IMG/VR virus record: IMGVR_UViG_3300014204_000011
Location: 21,751-85,750 of that record
Strand: one strand, 5' to 3'
From: a virus
Lineage: Duplodnaviria; Caudoviricetes
Length of the DNA: 64,000 bases
Position 1 is the stretch's first letter, and every line of letters begins with the position of its first letter. The translations under genes were made by a program, and so were the position numbers. Of this stretch, positions 49,263 to 59,247 are shown in pieces. Under the pieces are notes generated by a model. The model was not told the DNA's origin. It saw only the letters and a list, made by a program, of their open reading frames with translations, and did no database searches.

Positions 49263-49861
49263 TTTTGATATTCTTTTAATAATATTGGCATAATAACAGC
49301 GACATGATTTTCTTCATTATCTTGTATTCGTATTGGATCAGTACCGGAATAATTACCTTCAACAATTTTTATCAATACACTCATAGATGTATCTGACCTA
49401 AAAGCCTGTTTCATAAAATTCATATCAAAACCAAAGCTAATATTTTTATTACCAACTTTTTGATAAAAATTTTGATACAGTCTCGGCAAAGTTCTATCTG
49501 TTAAACCAATAGAAGTTTGAATTATTTCAGTGAGTATTTCATCATTTTTAATTAAAGATTTATAATCAGGGAATTTATCTTCACAATCACTTTGACTTAA
49601 AATGATTTTTTTATTATCACTAACAAGTACATCATAAAGTCCTGGATTTATTTCAAAACTATTATTTATTAAGTGCATACGTTTTGCATCGGTACAAACC
49701 AGTCTTTTTTTATCCGCATATACTTTTGAAAAGATAGGCTTCCAATCAATTCTATCTGGTTGTCGTGCTTTTAACAGCCATTTAATTGATTCAAAGTCTT
49801 CGTTTAATCCGCTTTTAATTTTTGAAATTTCAATAACTGTTTTTTCTTTGATCTTAATCAT
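49259..49861 (-). CDS. Beta sliding clamp-like protein (partial DnaN-like)
   Basis: LVCTDAKRM, KFPDYKSLI, FGFDMNFM, AVIMPI. Confidence 0.6.
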   Translation of the reverse strand: MIKIKEKTVIEISKIKSGLNEDFESIKWLLKARQPDRIDWKPIFSKVYADKKRLVCTDAKRMHLINNSFEINPGLYDVLVSDNKKIILSQSDCEDKFPDYKSLIKNDEILTEIIQTSIGLTDRTLPRLYQNFYQKVGNKNISFGFDMNFMKQAFRSDTSMSVLIKIVEGNYSGTDPIRIQDNEENHVAVIMPILLKEYQK

Positions 49862-49879
49862 TAACTTTTACTCTCCTTT

Positions 49880-50053
49880 TTATTCTATTTTTATACTTAT
49901 TCTTTTTTCCCATATATACAATATCTTACCAATACTTTGATATTCTTCTTTTTGTATTATTTCGTCCGGACACATGTTTCTGAGTATAGACTGTAATGCC
50001 CGAATATTTGCAAGATTTGAAACATCGATATAATCTTTTTCGGTTATAGACAT
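49880..50053 (-). CDS. 57-aa hypothetical protein, missing from the ORF track
   Basis: AGGAGG RBS; MSITEKDYIDVSNLANIRALQSIL. Confidence 0.6.
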   Translation of the reverse strand: MSITEKDYIDVSNLANIRALQSILRNMCPDEIIQKEEYQSIGKILYIWEKRISIKIE

Positions 50054-50233
50054 AAATCCTCCTTTTTAAGGTTTAATTACTTAACACCGCTTTTGTAAGG
50101 TCAGTTTTTTCAAAAGTCTTGTATAAGCCCCATGCTCTGCTCTATTTGCTCTGTATTGAGTCCTGTTTTTGATATAATATCCGGATTTATTAGAATTTTT
50201 AAAATCACCTATAAAAGCTTAGAATTGTTATTT

Positions 50234-50851
50234 TTATTCCAATTCCTCAATTTGCGCTCTTATTTCATCAAGACTTTTCTTTAATTCATCTCTCTGTTCT
50301 TTCATTCTTAAAATATCTTTATTTAGTATTGATTCCATATATGTATTAAATCCATCAGCATCAGCCTCTATAAGTCTGTTTATAAAACCTTTAACTATCT
50401 CAGATTGAGGATAGCCTTTTGTTATATCTGAAAAATACCAATATTGAAAATAACGATCATACGGCTTTAGTCTTTCATAAAATCCATCTTGTGCTATTGC
50501 ATTAAGAATAACTTCCTTGTTTTCTTCATATATTTTTCTGCGAAAAGATTCAGCGGTATATCCAAGACCTGACAACATTTCATTTATTTTTGTTCGATCT
50601 TCTATTGCAACATGACAAGCACTTAAACCAAGTAAATGATTTACAATTGCATCAAAGAAATATCTTTTAGTATTACCAATTCTTTCATATATCCATTTTT
50701 CAATATCAATTGAAATAGTATCAAATATTTCTTTTCTGAATTTATCTACAGCATTAGAAAAATATTCACTTGTTTTAATAAATATTTCTTTTTCAAGTTC
50801 TTCTAATCCTTGCTCTTTAATTTCTTTTGTTAATTCATAATAACTTATCAT
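50234..50851 (-). CDS. Hypothetical protein
   Basis: GGAGG RBS; helical with C-terminal coiled coil. Confidence 0.65.
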   Translation of the reverse strand: MISYYELTKEIKEQGLEELEKEIFIKTSEYFSNAVDKFRKEIFDTISIDIEKWIYERIGNTKRYFFDAIVNHLLGLSACHVAIEDRTKINEMLSGLGYTAESFRRKIYEENKEVILNAIAQDGFYERLKPYDRYFQYWYFSDITKGYPQSEIVKGFINRLIEADADGFNTYMESILNKDILRMKEQRDELKKSLDEIRAQIEELE

Positions 50852-51108
50852 TTTATTACCTCCTCTTTTGTAACTTTAATTTTTTTATTATTCCATCTAA
50901 TCCATAACCCAAAGCATAAAGGCTTAAAACATATGCCTTTATCATTTACATGATATGCAGGTTTTAAATTCCCCCATTTTTCAAATCCGAAAATAAACCA
51001 TATTTTTAAATTCCCCATTATTTTTCTCCTCTCCTTTATTTTAATTTAAAAACCCTCATCCCAGACCTCCGCTGGTTAGCGAAAAGGTCTGTGATGAAAA
51101 TTCTTATA

Positions 51109-51603
51109 CTACTTCTGCCACGGTTGAGCTTTCTTCGGAGCTTCGCTTCCCTGTCCAGCAGGTTTTTGAAAACCTGTCTGAGCCGGTGCAGAAGGAGCTG
51201 AACCGCTTGCAGGGAGGTGCTTTTTGATTTTGTTCTGAGCGTCATAATCTCCCTGTGCTGCTTTTACACCTACATCAAGAAGCATGGGTATGCCGTGAAG
51301 TTGTGCGCTGTCCTGAACAGTTTGAACTCCGCAGGCAAGGCAAATACTGTTAAGGCTTTTTTTTGCAATCTGTGCAGCTTGTGCGTTTTCATTTTCAAGG
51401 TTAAGATTTTCAAAAATCTTTCTGCCTTTAAACTCACCATCTATAATCTCGTAAGTGAGTTTAAGAATCATACCCGTATTTTTTTTATTAGGAACATAAT
51501 CGCTTGCACTGATTACAGCAATATATTCTCCAGCCGGAACTATATCAAAACTTTCCTCTGTTTCGTTTGGATCTGGTACATAATTTCCACCAAGTTGTGC
51601 CAT
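51109..51603 (-). CDS. DUF669-like single-stranded DNA-binding protein
   Basis: VPAGEYIAVI, GEFKGRKIFENLNL, AQNKIK, PWQK tail. Confidence 0.85.
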   Translation of the reverse strand: MAQLGGNYVPDPNETEESFDIVPAGEYIAVISASDYVPNKKNTGMILKLTYEIIDGEFKGRKIFENLNLENENAQAAQIAKKSLNSICLACGVQTVQDSAQLHGIPMLLDVGVKAAQGDYDAQNKIKKHLPASGSAPSAPAQTGFQKPAGQGSEAPKKAQPWQK

Positions 51604-51605
51604 AA

Positions 51606-52418
51606 TTATTTTTCTCCTTTTTTATTAGTTTTAGTTACGGTTTCATCATAAGGGCCGGTAAGAATCCATTCCATAATATCAGTACAAGCTTCAAGTTCAA
51701 CAGTAATATCAGTTAAACCAAAACTATTGCCTGATATCATAGCAGCACTTTCACCGGCAAGTTTTAGAAGTCTATTGTTTGTAGTAACAGCTTTACCCGT
51801 AGTCTTTAAAGCATTACCAGATTTTTGAACAAAAATTTCTTTTGAGTAGAACGCTATAATATCAGCCCACTCTTCAACAACACTTAAAGAATTTTTATCA
51901 ATTTTCATGACGTACTTATCGTATTCGTCACCGTCTGGTGGATTGACTTTTATTGTTTGTGCATGACTTACAAGTATTACATCAATTCCATTATCTCTGA
52001 GAACATCACAATTATGAAGAAAAGATTTCCACGCTGAAACTGCATGATATTTTAAACCTTTGCTGAAAGCAGTTTCCTTATTATGATCATCGGTTATGCT
52101 TTTCCAATTATGCTTTTCACAGAGATGATTCCATATCAGCGGTTCAAGCCAATCAATACTATCAATGATAACTCTTTTGAAAGTATGATTTTCTGTTATA
52201 AGAGAATCAAAAACTTCAATAACTTGTGTATAATTTGTAACAACTGGAGTTTTTGCACAGTCTATATGGCTGACTCTATCTTCGGTAGGTATCATCAGCG
52301 CATTTTTTGTAGCTCCAACTAAAGTTGATTTTCCAAGTTTCGGCATCCCATACAATACAACTTTACGGGCTTTGCGCTGAACGCCTTTTTGCACATCTTT
52401 TGTTAAACTAAATGCCAT
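51606..52418 (-). CDS. AAA_24 / Sak4-like ATPase
   Basis: YGMPKLGKST, VIIDSIDWLE, SHAQ, EEWADII. Confidence 0.85.
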   Translation of the reverse strand: MAFSLTKDVQKGVQRKARKVVLYGMPKLGKSTLVGATKNALMIPTEDRVSHIDCAKTPVVTNYTQVIEVFDSLITENHTFKRVIIDSIDWLEPLIWNHLCEKHNWKSITDDHNKETAFSKGLKYHAVSAWKSFLHNCDVLRDNGIDVILVSHAQTIKVNPPDGDEYDKYVMKIDKNSLSVVEEWADIIAFYSKEIFVQKSGNALKTTGKAVTTNNRLLKLAGESAAMISGNSFGLTDITVELEACTDIMEWILTGPYDETVTKTNKKGEK

Positions 52419-52429
52419 ATCTCCTCCTT

Positions 52430-52828
52430 TTATTTTTTTTCAATTACTACAGATGTTTTACCATCTTTTTCAGTTACACAGTTACTTACTTTTATAAAGT
52501 TTTCTCTATCATTTTCCTTTAACCATTCATACCCTTTTGAGTCTATAGAGAATTTTACCTTTTCCGGTCTTCTATCTTCGGGTATTTGCGGTCTTATTGC
52601 TAGATAAGCATCCTGGTCAAGAGTCTGATTCACAGTCTTTTTAATGGTAATTTTAAAACTGTTCTTACCAATCTTTTCATTGATAGTCTTGCTTTTACCT
52701 TCAATCTGATCTTCGTAAAGCTCTGCAACCTGCTCTTCCAGTTCAATTCTTTTGTCTTTAGCTACGTCTTCTGCTTTTTTAGCTTTTAACAAATCATTAA
52801 ACAACTTCTCCTTTTCTTTTTCATCCAC
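52430..52828 (-). CDS. Hypothetical (Gam-like coiled-coil) protein
   Basis: LKAKKAEDVAKDKRIELEEQV; recombination-module context. Confidence 0.5.
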   Translation of the reverse strand: MDEKEKEKLFNDLLKAKKAEDVAKDKRIELEEQVAELYEDQIEGKSKTINEKIGKNSFKITIKKTVNQTLDQDAYLAIRPQIPEDRRPEKVKFSIDSKGYEWLKENDRENFIKVSNCVTEKDGKTSVVIEKK

Positions 52829-53000
52829 TGATCTTGCCTCCTTTTTTCTTGAATTCGATGAAACCTAATCGTATAATCTCACGGTAGGCATCCTGAAACT
52901 TTTTGATACGCTTTTCAAAGAAAAATTCTTCCATATCGTTCTTTACTTCGGGTTCAACATATACAGCGATTTGAATTTTTTTATCTTCAGCTTCGGACAC
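52821..53000 (-). CDS. 59-aa ribbon-helix-helix-like regulator, missing from the ORF track
   Basis: GGAGG RBS and GTG start. KIQIAVYVEPEVKNDMEEF...AYREIIRLG strand-helix-helix pattern; first gene after the divergent promoter. Confidence 0.6.
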   Translation of the reverse strand: MSEAEDKKIQIAVYVEPEVKNDMEEFFFEKRIKKFQDAYREIIRLGFIEFKKKGGKISG

Positions 53001-53029
53001 TTATTACCTCCTTATGAATTGATAAAAAA

Positions 53030-53130
53030 ATCATTAGTTTTTATGTGATAAAATGTCAATACTTTTTTTTATTAAATAATAAAAAGTTTTTTTCTTGACT
53101 TTTTATATGGAATAATTCAAGAGTATTTTA
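53030..53130. promoter_or_regulatory. Divergent promoter region
   Basis: TTGACA 53059-53054 (minus) and TTGACT 53095-53100 (plus). Confidence 0.55.
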
Positions 53131-53151
53131 AATAAAAAGTAAGGAGAAAAT

Positions 53152-53571
53152 ATGAAAGAATTAAAACTAAACAAAAAAACAAAAGAAATAAATATCATGA
53201 TGGAAATTTTATATGATTATTTTGATGAAGAAGACGTTAGCTATTCAGAGGATATAGAATGTATATCTTTTCCTCTGGGAATGATAGTTTTTATATCCGA
53301 AGAAAAAGTATGGTGTTTTGAAATAGATTTTACATTTACTAATGATAAAAAACTTTCTATAATTTTAATGATGATCCTAAACGATATATCAAAAAATAAA
53401 ATAACATTAGAAATAGGGAATGGATATCAATCCTGTTATGATAAAAATAATATTTGCACAGGATTAGTTTTTCAAGATGATATTTATGATTTAATGAAAG
53501 AAAAAGAAATGTCAGAAAAAGAAGCTGAAAAAATACTTAAAAAAAATCTAAAGGAAAATAAAAATGACTAA
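53152..53571 (+). CDS. Hypothetical acidic protein
   Basis: AAGGAG RBS. Confidence 0.6.
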   Translation: MKELKLNKKTKEINIMMEILYDYFDEEDVSYSEDIECISFPLGMIVFISEEKVWCFEIDFTFTNDKKLSIILMMILNDISKNKITLEIGNGYQSCYDKNNICTGLVFQDDIYDLMKEKEMSEKEAEKILKKNLKENKND

Positions 53572-54712
53572 ACTAGATTATATCGCTGATAATCAAACGC
53601 TTGCCGAGGTTGACAAAGCTCTTGAATTGCAACAGCAACTTGAAAAACCACGCAATTACATGGGGATGTCGATGATCGGACATGAATGCTGGAGAAAAGT
53701 TTTTTATGACTTTAGAAATGTTACTAAAAGAAAAATTTCAGCTTCAGGCATTAGAGCTATAAGTGACGGCTTTAAACAGGAAGATATAATGGTAGAAAGA
53801 TTGAGAATGCTTCCATTTATAGAACTTATTACAACTGATACCGATGATCCAACAAAACAAATTGCGGTAGAGGGCTTGCTCTCCCATTTTCGTGGACATC
53901 TTGACGGTGTTATAAAAGGCTTGAAAGAAGCCCCTGCCACTTACCATGTTTGGGAGAATAAATCAGTAAACCAAAAAAAATTCGATCTTTTAAATAAATT
54001 AAAAGTAGAAAAAGGCGAAAAAAACGCACTCAAAGAATGGGATATTATCTATTATTCACAGGCTCAATGTTACTGTCATTATACTGAACTCGACAGACAT
54101 TACATGACTGTTGAAACTCCAGGTGGAAGAGATTATACTTCTATTCGCACTGATTATAATCGCAAATATGCGGAAATGATTATTGATAAAGCTCAACAGC
54201 TTATATTTAATAATTTTGATTTGCCAGCTCGTATATCGGATAAAAGAGAGTTTTTTCAGTGCGGATGGTGTGAATTTAAAGGCATATGCCATGACGGAGA
54301 TTTTCCGGACGTGCATTGCAAGAGCTGTAGATATCGTGAGCCAGTCGATGGTGGAAAAAGTCTTTGCCTTGCCACAGACACAATAATAGAAGATACATTG
54401 CTAAATGTAGGCTGTCCATCTCATATCTATAATCCTGCCCTGATCCCGAATGTTGTCCTTGTTGAGCATCAGTCGGATGGTTGCTTATATAAGGTAGAAG
54501 GTAAAGACTTTTTCTTTTCAAATACTAATCTTACAGGTTTTCCTGAAGTTAAAGGCAGATGTGATGCTATCTTTACCAGTAAGCAATTAAAAGAAGATAT
54601 AAAGAATATCAATCATATTGATAATAAAATAGTAAAAGAATTTAAAGGTACAGTAATACCTCAAGAACAGGCGAAAAAAGCTTGGGATAAATCTAATAAG
54701 TGGGAGATATGA
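53564..54712 (+). CDS. Cas4-like PD-(D/E)XK exonuclease
   Basis: ECWRK, GHLDG, WENKS, YYSQAQCY, CGWC...C. Confidence 0.85.
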   Translation: MTKLDYIADNQTLAEVDKALELQQQLEKPRNYMGMSMIGHECWRKVFYDFRNVTKRKISASGIRAISDGFKQEDIMVERLRMLPFIELITTDTDDPTKQIAVEGLLSHFRGHLDGVIKGLKEAPATYHVWENKSVNQKKFDLLNKLKVEKGEKNALKEWDIIYYSQAQCYCHYTELDRHYMTVETPGGRDYTSIRTDYNRKYAEMIIDKAQQLIFNNFDLPARISDKREFFQCGWCEFKGICHDGDFPDVHCKSCRYREPVDGGKSLCLATDTIIEDTLLNVGCPSHIYNPALIPNVVLVEHQSDGCLYKVEGKDFFFSNTNLTGFPEVKGRCDAIFTSKQLKEDIKNINHIDNKIVKEFKGTVIPQEQAKKAWDKSNKWEI

Positions 54713-54906
54713 TTATGGAATGTGTATGTGGATATGATGAAATTGATGAGGATGAAGGTACTAGAAGAACATTTATTCCTATTTTAGTTTTAGTAAATAC
54801 TGGAAACTGTACAGGAACTTTTGAAAGAACAGATAAATATTTTCCATATAGACATGTTTCGGCTTTTGCTTGTCCTTTATGTGGAACTTTAAAGGTGGAG
54901 ATATGA
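54709..54906 (+). CDS. Zinc-ribbon hypothetical protein
   Basis: CVCG...CPLCG. Confidence 0.55.
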   Translation: MIMECVCGYDEIDEDEGTRRTFIPILVLVNTGNCTGTFERTDKYFPYRHVSAFACPLCGTLKVEI

Positions 54907-55139
54907 CAGACTTTCAAGCCATACAACAGAAGTATTATGAATTTAGAGAAACGGCTAATAATCATTTCGGCGGTCAGGTTGATGATATTGAAAATTATGT
55001 TAATGCTTTGGAAGGGAGAGAGTTAAAAATGTTAAACATTTTTAAAGAAATTATAACAATATATGACTGCAAATATTTATTACAGCCTATTATTGAAGAA
55101 ATGACAGGTCAAACAATTGAGGAGGTGTTGAAGAAATGA
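54903..55139 (+). CDS. Hypothetical protein
   Basis: GGTGGAG RBS before ATG 54903. Confidence 0.55.
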   Translation: MTDFQAIQQKYYEFRETANNHFGGQVDDIENYVNALEGRELKMLNIFKEIITIYDCKYLLQPIIEEMTGQTIEEVLKK

Positions 55140-55291
55140 AAGTATTTATAGTTAATGAAGAAATCAGTGATCAATACGGAACTGATAAAGTTACATGTGT
55201 TTGTGGTACGAAAGAAATTGCAGATAGAGAGGCAAGAAACATAAAGAAACATAGAACTTTTATACAAGAATTTGAGGTTATAGATATATGA
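55136..55291 (+). CDS. 51-aa hypothetical protein, missing from the ORF track
   Basis: MKVFIVNEEISDQYGTDKVTCVCGTKEIA; ATGA overlaps at both ends. Confidence 0.6.
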   Translation: MKVFIVNEEISDQYGTDKVTCVCGTKEIADREARNIKKHRTFIQEFEVIDI

Positions 55292-56553
55292 CACAGGAAA
55301 AAGCCATAGAGCTGGCATTGAGGGGGTATAATATCTTTTTGACCGGTAGAGCTGGTACTGGAAAAACATTTACCCTGAATAAAATAATAGAAGCACTTGA
55401 AAAAAGTGGTAAAGAAGTTGCAATTACAGCAAGTACAGGTATTGCCGGAACTCATATAGGTGGTAATACCATTCATTCATGGGCTGGAATAGGTATTAAA
55501 GATAAATTAGAAATAGAAGACTTGTGGAAATTAAAAAATAATAAATTCAGTTATGAAAGATTAAGTAAAGCCGAGATATTGATTATTGACGAAATAAGTA
55601 TGCTTCATGATTATAGATTTGATATGGTTGATGAAGTTTTGAGATTTATAAAAAATAACGACAAGCCTTTTGGTGGTATTCAGATAATAACATCAGGAGA
55701 CTACTTCCAGCTCCCACCGGTTGAAAAGAATGGAAAAAACAATTATACCTTTAATGCCGTGACATGGAATTTACTCGATTTTAAAGTCTGTTATTTGGAA
55801 AAAATATACAGACAGGAAGATGACGTAGAATTTATGAATATATTAAATGCTATAAGAGAAAACAGTATCAGTGCCGAACAAAAAGCTGTACTCAGTGCTT
55901 TAAAAGATAATGATAAGCACAAGGCAAAAGCTATAAATCTTTACAGCAAAAATATTGATGTTGAGAAAGAAAATAACTATAAACTCGATTGCATTGAAGG
56001 TGAAAAATACAGCTTTGGCGCAGAAGTAAGCGGAGAACCTTTTCATGTGCAGCGGATATTAAAAAACTGGTTAGGTCGTGAATTTCTTCATCTTAAAATC
56101 GGTGCAAAAGTTATGTTTATTGTAAATGATCATAAGCAAGGTTTTTACAACGGCACTATGGGAGAAGTAATTGATTTCGATGAAGAAAGTGGCTATCCAA
56201 TTGTTAAGATATTTAAAACCAGTAAGAAAATAACTGTTTATAAAAATGAATGGAAAATTGAAGAAAAAGACGAAATTACTGGTATAGAGAAAAAACTTGC
56301 TTCTATACTTCAATTTCCTCTCAGACTTGCATACGCCATTACAATACATAAAAGCCAGGGCTGTACTTTTGATTATGTCAATCTTGATATGAGTGATGTC
56401 TTTGTTCTGAATATGGGATATGTAGCACTGAGTCGGATCACTAGTCTTGAAGGATTATGGCTGAAGGGTTATAATTTTATCAGCTTACATACTGATGCAG
56501 TGGTTATAAATAAAGATAAAGAATTTTTACAAAAAAGCAGGGAGATAGAATAA
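55288..56553 (+). CDS. PIF1-like SF1B helicase
   Basis: GRAGTGKT, IIDEISML, GDYFQLPPV, QFPLRLAYAITIHKSQG, YVALSR. Confidence 0.92.
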   Translation: MTQEKAIELALRGYNIFLTGRAGTGKTFTLNKIIEALEKSGKEVAITASTGIAGTHIGGNTIHSWAGIGIKDKLEIEDLWKLKNNKFSYERLSKAEILIIDEISMLHDYRFDMVDEVLRFIKNNDKPFGGIQIITSGDYFQLPPVEKNGKNNYTFNAVTWNLLDFKVCYLEKIYRQEDDVEFMNILNAIRENSISAEQKAVLSALKDNDKHKAKAINLYSKNIDVEKENNYKLDCIEGEKYSFGAEVSGEPFHVQRILKNWLGREFLHLKIGAKVMFIVNDHKQGFYNGTMGEVIDFDEESGYPIVKIFKTSKKITVYKNEWKIEEKDEITGIEKKLASILQFPLRLAYAITIHKSQGCTFDYVNLDMSDVFVLNMGYVALSRITSLEGLWLKGYNFISLHTDAVVINKDKEFLQKSREIE

Positions 56554-56756
56554 TGATTGATTCAATTAAAAAATCTATTTTAAAATTTAATTCTACTAAA
56601 GAATTACAAGAATTAAAAAAAGCGATTAATATAGAATTAAAGGTAAAAAAAAAGTGTAAGCATAAAGATAAAGTAGAAATAATCAAAGACTATATGGATG
56701 CTTATGTTTTAGAACAATGCAGAGATTGTGGTGAAAAATTTTATTCTGATCTATAA
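56553..56756 (+). CDS. Hypothetical protein with Zn motif
   Basis: CKH...CRDCG. Confidence 0.6.
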   Translation: MIDSIKKSILKFNSTKELQELKKAINIELKVKKKCKHKDKVEIIKDYMDAYVLEQCRDCGEKFYSDL

Positions 56757-56820
56757 ATTTTTCTTGACGTAAATATTTTTAACAATTAAACAATAACAGA
56801 TTAAAGCAAAGCTTGTGCTT

Positions 56821-56935
56821 CCTTGACCGGAATAAGCGTTTCTTTAATAGAGACATTTATAAAAGGCTTATCACTCTCTTTCAGGTCAAGGCAATTTATG
56901 AAAATAAATTGGGAAAGAGAGGGTAAGTCTTTTTT
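56821..56935 (+). promoter_or_regulatory. Structured leader RNA / attenuator upstream of the SF2 helicase
   Basis: Long terminator-like stem enclosing an 8-bp GAAA-capped hairpin, plus CCTTGACC/GGTCAAGG complementarity. Confidence 0.6.
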
Positions 56936-56952
56936 AATTTAAGGAGAGAATA

Positions 56953-58641
56953 GTGTCGGCTATAATTCCAAGATATTACCAATATGATGCTTTTGAAGCG
57001 TTTAAAGAATATACGGCTGAAAAACATCAATCCAATCCCTTGATAGTGCTTCCCACAGGAACTGGTAAGGCATATTTACAAGCTATGATAGTCAAATGGA
57101 TGCTTGAATGGCCTAATACTAAAATATTATTACTTACTCATGATCAGAATCTTATACAGCAGAATTATGATGAATTTACAGCACTTGTAAATGATCAGTT
57201 AATAGATGTCGGCATATACTGTGCTGGACTTAAAAGAAAAGAATATAAGAATAGAATAGTTTTTGCTTCGATACAAAGCGTTCATAAAAAGAGCTGGTCG
57301 GCTATTGGCTTTAGAGATTTAATTTTAATTGATGAAGCTCATCTTGTGCCTCATAAAGAAGAGGGCATGTACCGGACGTTTTTAACCGAGATGAAAAATA
57401 TCAATAAAAACATAGTAATAGGGGGACTTAGTGCGACTCCATATCGTATGAAAGGCGGTATGCTTACAAAAGGTAAAACTAAAATATTTGATGATATTTG
57501 TTATGAAGCTACCATACCAGAACTTATAAATCCTAATCATCCTAAAAACAGAGATAAAAAACAATATCTTTGTAATGTAATAACACCTAAAAAAGCAATG
57601 AAAAGTAAGGTTGATTTATCCGGTGTACATATCAGAGCCGGAGAATATGCACTTGATGAACTTGATATAGCTTTTAATAAAGATGATCTTGTCGAACGCA
57701 GCGTAAAAGAGATTATTGAATATACTCAGGATAGAAAACACGTTCTTACATTTTCTGTGAGTATTGAACACTGTGAAAAGATTGCAGAAGCTTTTAAAAA
57801 ATTCGGACAGGCTTATGATTTTGTACATAGTAAAAGAACTGATATTGAAAACCAACGTGCTTTATCAGATTTTAGAACGGGTAAAATCAAATATCTTATC
57901 AATGTGGATAAATTAACAACCGGTTTTAATCAAAAAAATATTGATTGTATTGCAATTCTAAGAAGTACAAAAAGTACAGGTCTTTATGTTCAAATCGTAG
58001 GAAGAGGTACAAGAATAGATCCGTCAAAAAATGATTGTCTCATTCTTGACTTCGGCAACAACATAACTACTCATGGCCCGATAGATAAGATCGAAATAAA
58101 AGAAGCTAGAGATGGCAGTACAGAAATAGGCACTATGCCCGAAAAAGAATGTCCGGCTTGCCATAGTATGATGTTTTTAGCTGTCATGATCTGCCCCGAT
58201 TGCGGTTATGAATTTGAGAGAAAAGATAAGCATGAAGATCAAGCTAGTGAAGCCGATATAATTAGCAAATGGAAAAAGCCAGAAACATATGATGTGAGCT
58301 ATATTGATTATAGCGTACATCAAAAAATTGGTAGCCCCGATTGTTTAAGAGTTAAATATTATGTTGGAGATCTATTGCATTATGATGAATATGTATGTCC
58401 TTTGCATACTGGATTCGCACAAAAAAAGGCAAAGCGTTGGCTTGATCAGAGATTGCCAGTAGAAAGACTTGACGAACCGCTTTATAGTATAGAAGATATT
58501 GTCAAAAATAAAGATAAAATAATAGAACCAGTTCAAATAATAGTAGATTTAAACGGTAAATTTCCGAATATTTCAGGATTTCTTTTTCAAAAAATAGAAC
58601 AGCAGGAGAATGAAAATGTCAGAACCGAAGCAAGTATTTAA
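56953..58641 (+). CDS. SF2 DEAH helicase (RadD/YejH-like) with Zn finger
   Basis: LPTGTGK, IDEAH, SATPYR, NVDKLTTGF, QIVGRGTR, CPAC...CPDC. Confidence 0.92.
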   Translation: MSAIIPRYYQYDAFEAFKEYTAEKHQSNPLIVLPTGTGKAYLQAMIVKWMLEWPNTKILLLTHDQNLIQQNYDEFTALVNDQLIDVGIYCAGLKRKEYKNRIVFASIQSVHKKSWSAIGFRDLILIDEAHLVPHKEEGMYRTFLTEMKNINKNIVIGGLSATPYRMKGGMLTKGKTKIFDDICYEATIPELINPNHPKNRDKKQYLCNVITPKKAMKSKVDLSGVHIRAGEYALDELDIAFNKDDLVERSVKEIIEYTQDRKHVLTFSVSIEHCEKIAEAFKKFGQAYDFVHSKRTDIENQRALSDFRTGKIKYLINVDKLTTGFNQKNIDCIAILRSTKSTGLYVQIVGRGTRIDPSKNDCLILDFGNNITTHGPIDKIEIKEARDGSTEIGTMPEKECPACHSMMFLAVMICPDCGYEFERKDKHEDQASEADIISKWKKPETYDVSYIDYSVHQKIGSPDCLRVKYYVGDLLHYDEYVCPLHTGFAQKKAKRWLDQRLPVERLDEPLYSIEDIVKNKDKIIEPVQIIVDLNGKFPNISGFLFQKIEQQENENVRTEASI

Positions 58642-58924
58642 TATAACACCGGAATTAATTGAAAAATTAAATACGATTTATAATTATTTTGGTCAAAGAC
58701 CAAATAAATTAGAGAAACTTTTTGAAGAATGTAGTGAATATCGTGATAGATATATACTTAATCGCATGAGCGTCAAACTTGAACCTAAAATAGTTGTTGA
58801 AATATGTGATATTATAAGCGTAGTTTTGCAGTTACTTTTTAATGAAGAAATATTACAGGAAGGTTTGATTATGGTAGTAGATAAAGCGATTAAAAAAATA
58901 GAAGAGGGATATTATGAAAACTGA
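58610..58924 (+). CDS. MazG-like nucleotide pyrophosphohydrolase
   Basis: KLFEECSEY...EICDI. Confidence 0.65.
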   Translation: MKMSEPKQVFNITPELIEKLNTIYNYFGQRPNKLEKLFEECSEYRDRYILNRMSVKLEPKIVVEICDIISVVLQLLFNEEILQEGLIMVVDKAIKKIEEGYYEN

Positions 58925-59060
58925 ACAAGAAATACAAGAAAAAATAGATAAATTAAAAATAACATTCAACCAATTGAAAGAATCCGAAGATCCTGATGAT
59001 GAAATTGATTTAGCAATAACTGAATATGCTATTAGCAATTTAGAATGGGTTTTAAAATGA
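58914..59060 (+). CDS. 48-aa hypothetical protein
   Basis: GAGGG RBS; MKTEQEIQEKI...LEWVLK. Confidence 0.55.
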   Translation: MKTEQEIQEKIDKLKITFNQLKESEDPDDEIDLAITEYAISNLEWVLK

Positions 59061-59179
59061 CCTGTTCTAAATGTAAAAAAGAAATGAAAAGAGATCGAAA
59101 AAGTAATCAAAATACAGAACTTGCAAAATTATGGATTTGTAGTTGTGGTCACAGAGTTTTAGAGGAGACTGATAAATAA
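59057..59179 (+). CDS. 40-aa zinc-ribbon peptide
   Basis: CSKC...CSCG; ATGA overlap. Confidence 0.5.
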   Translation: MTCSKCKKEMKRDRKSNQNTELAKLWICSCGHRVLEETDK

Positions 59180-59191
59180 GCTTCTAGTCGG

Positions 59192-59247
59192 CCTGCGGTC
59201 AATCCTACCAACACACAACCGGCACTTTAGACCGCAGGTTATTTTTT
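59192..59247 (+). terminator. Large-loop hairpin with U tract upstream of primase
   Basis: CCTGCGGTC (59192-59200) / GACCGCAGG (59230-59238) followed by TTATTTTTT. Confidence 0.6.

Noticed and set aside
50080-50230. Possible short ORFs between minus-strand genes
   Set aside because: No convincing start/RBS combination; the candidate products are short and featureless.
53564-54712. CRISPR-Cas locus suggested by the Cas4-like nuclease
   Set aside because: No repeat-spacer array or other cas genes; it sits in a recombination module.
3054-58110. Many antisense or nested ORFs in the track (e.g. 3054..3266, 10696..10959, 15672..16022, 18743..19063, 19158..19628, 47793..48086, 51217..51651, 56071..56349)
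   Set aside because: They lie within long genes with recognisable motifs, lack RBSs and have the Phe/Ser/Leu-rich composition of shadow ORFs.
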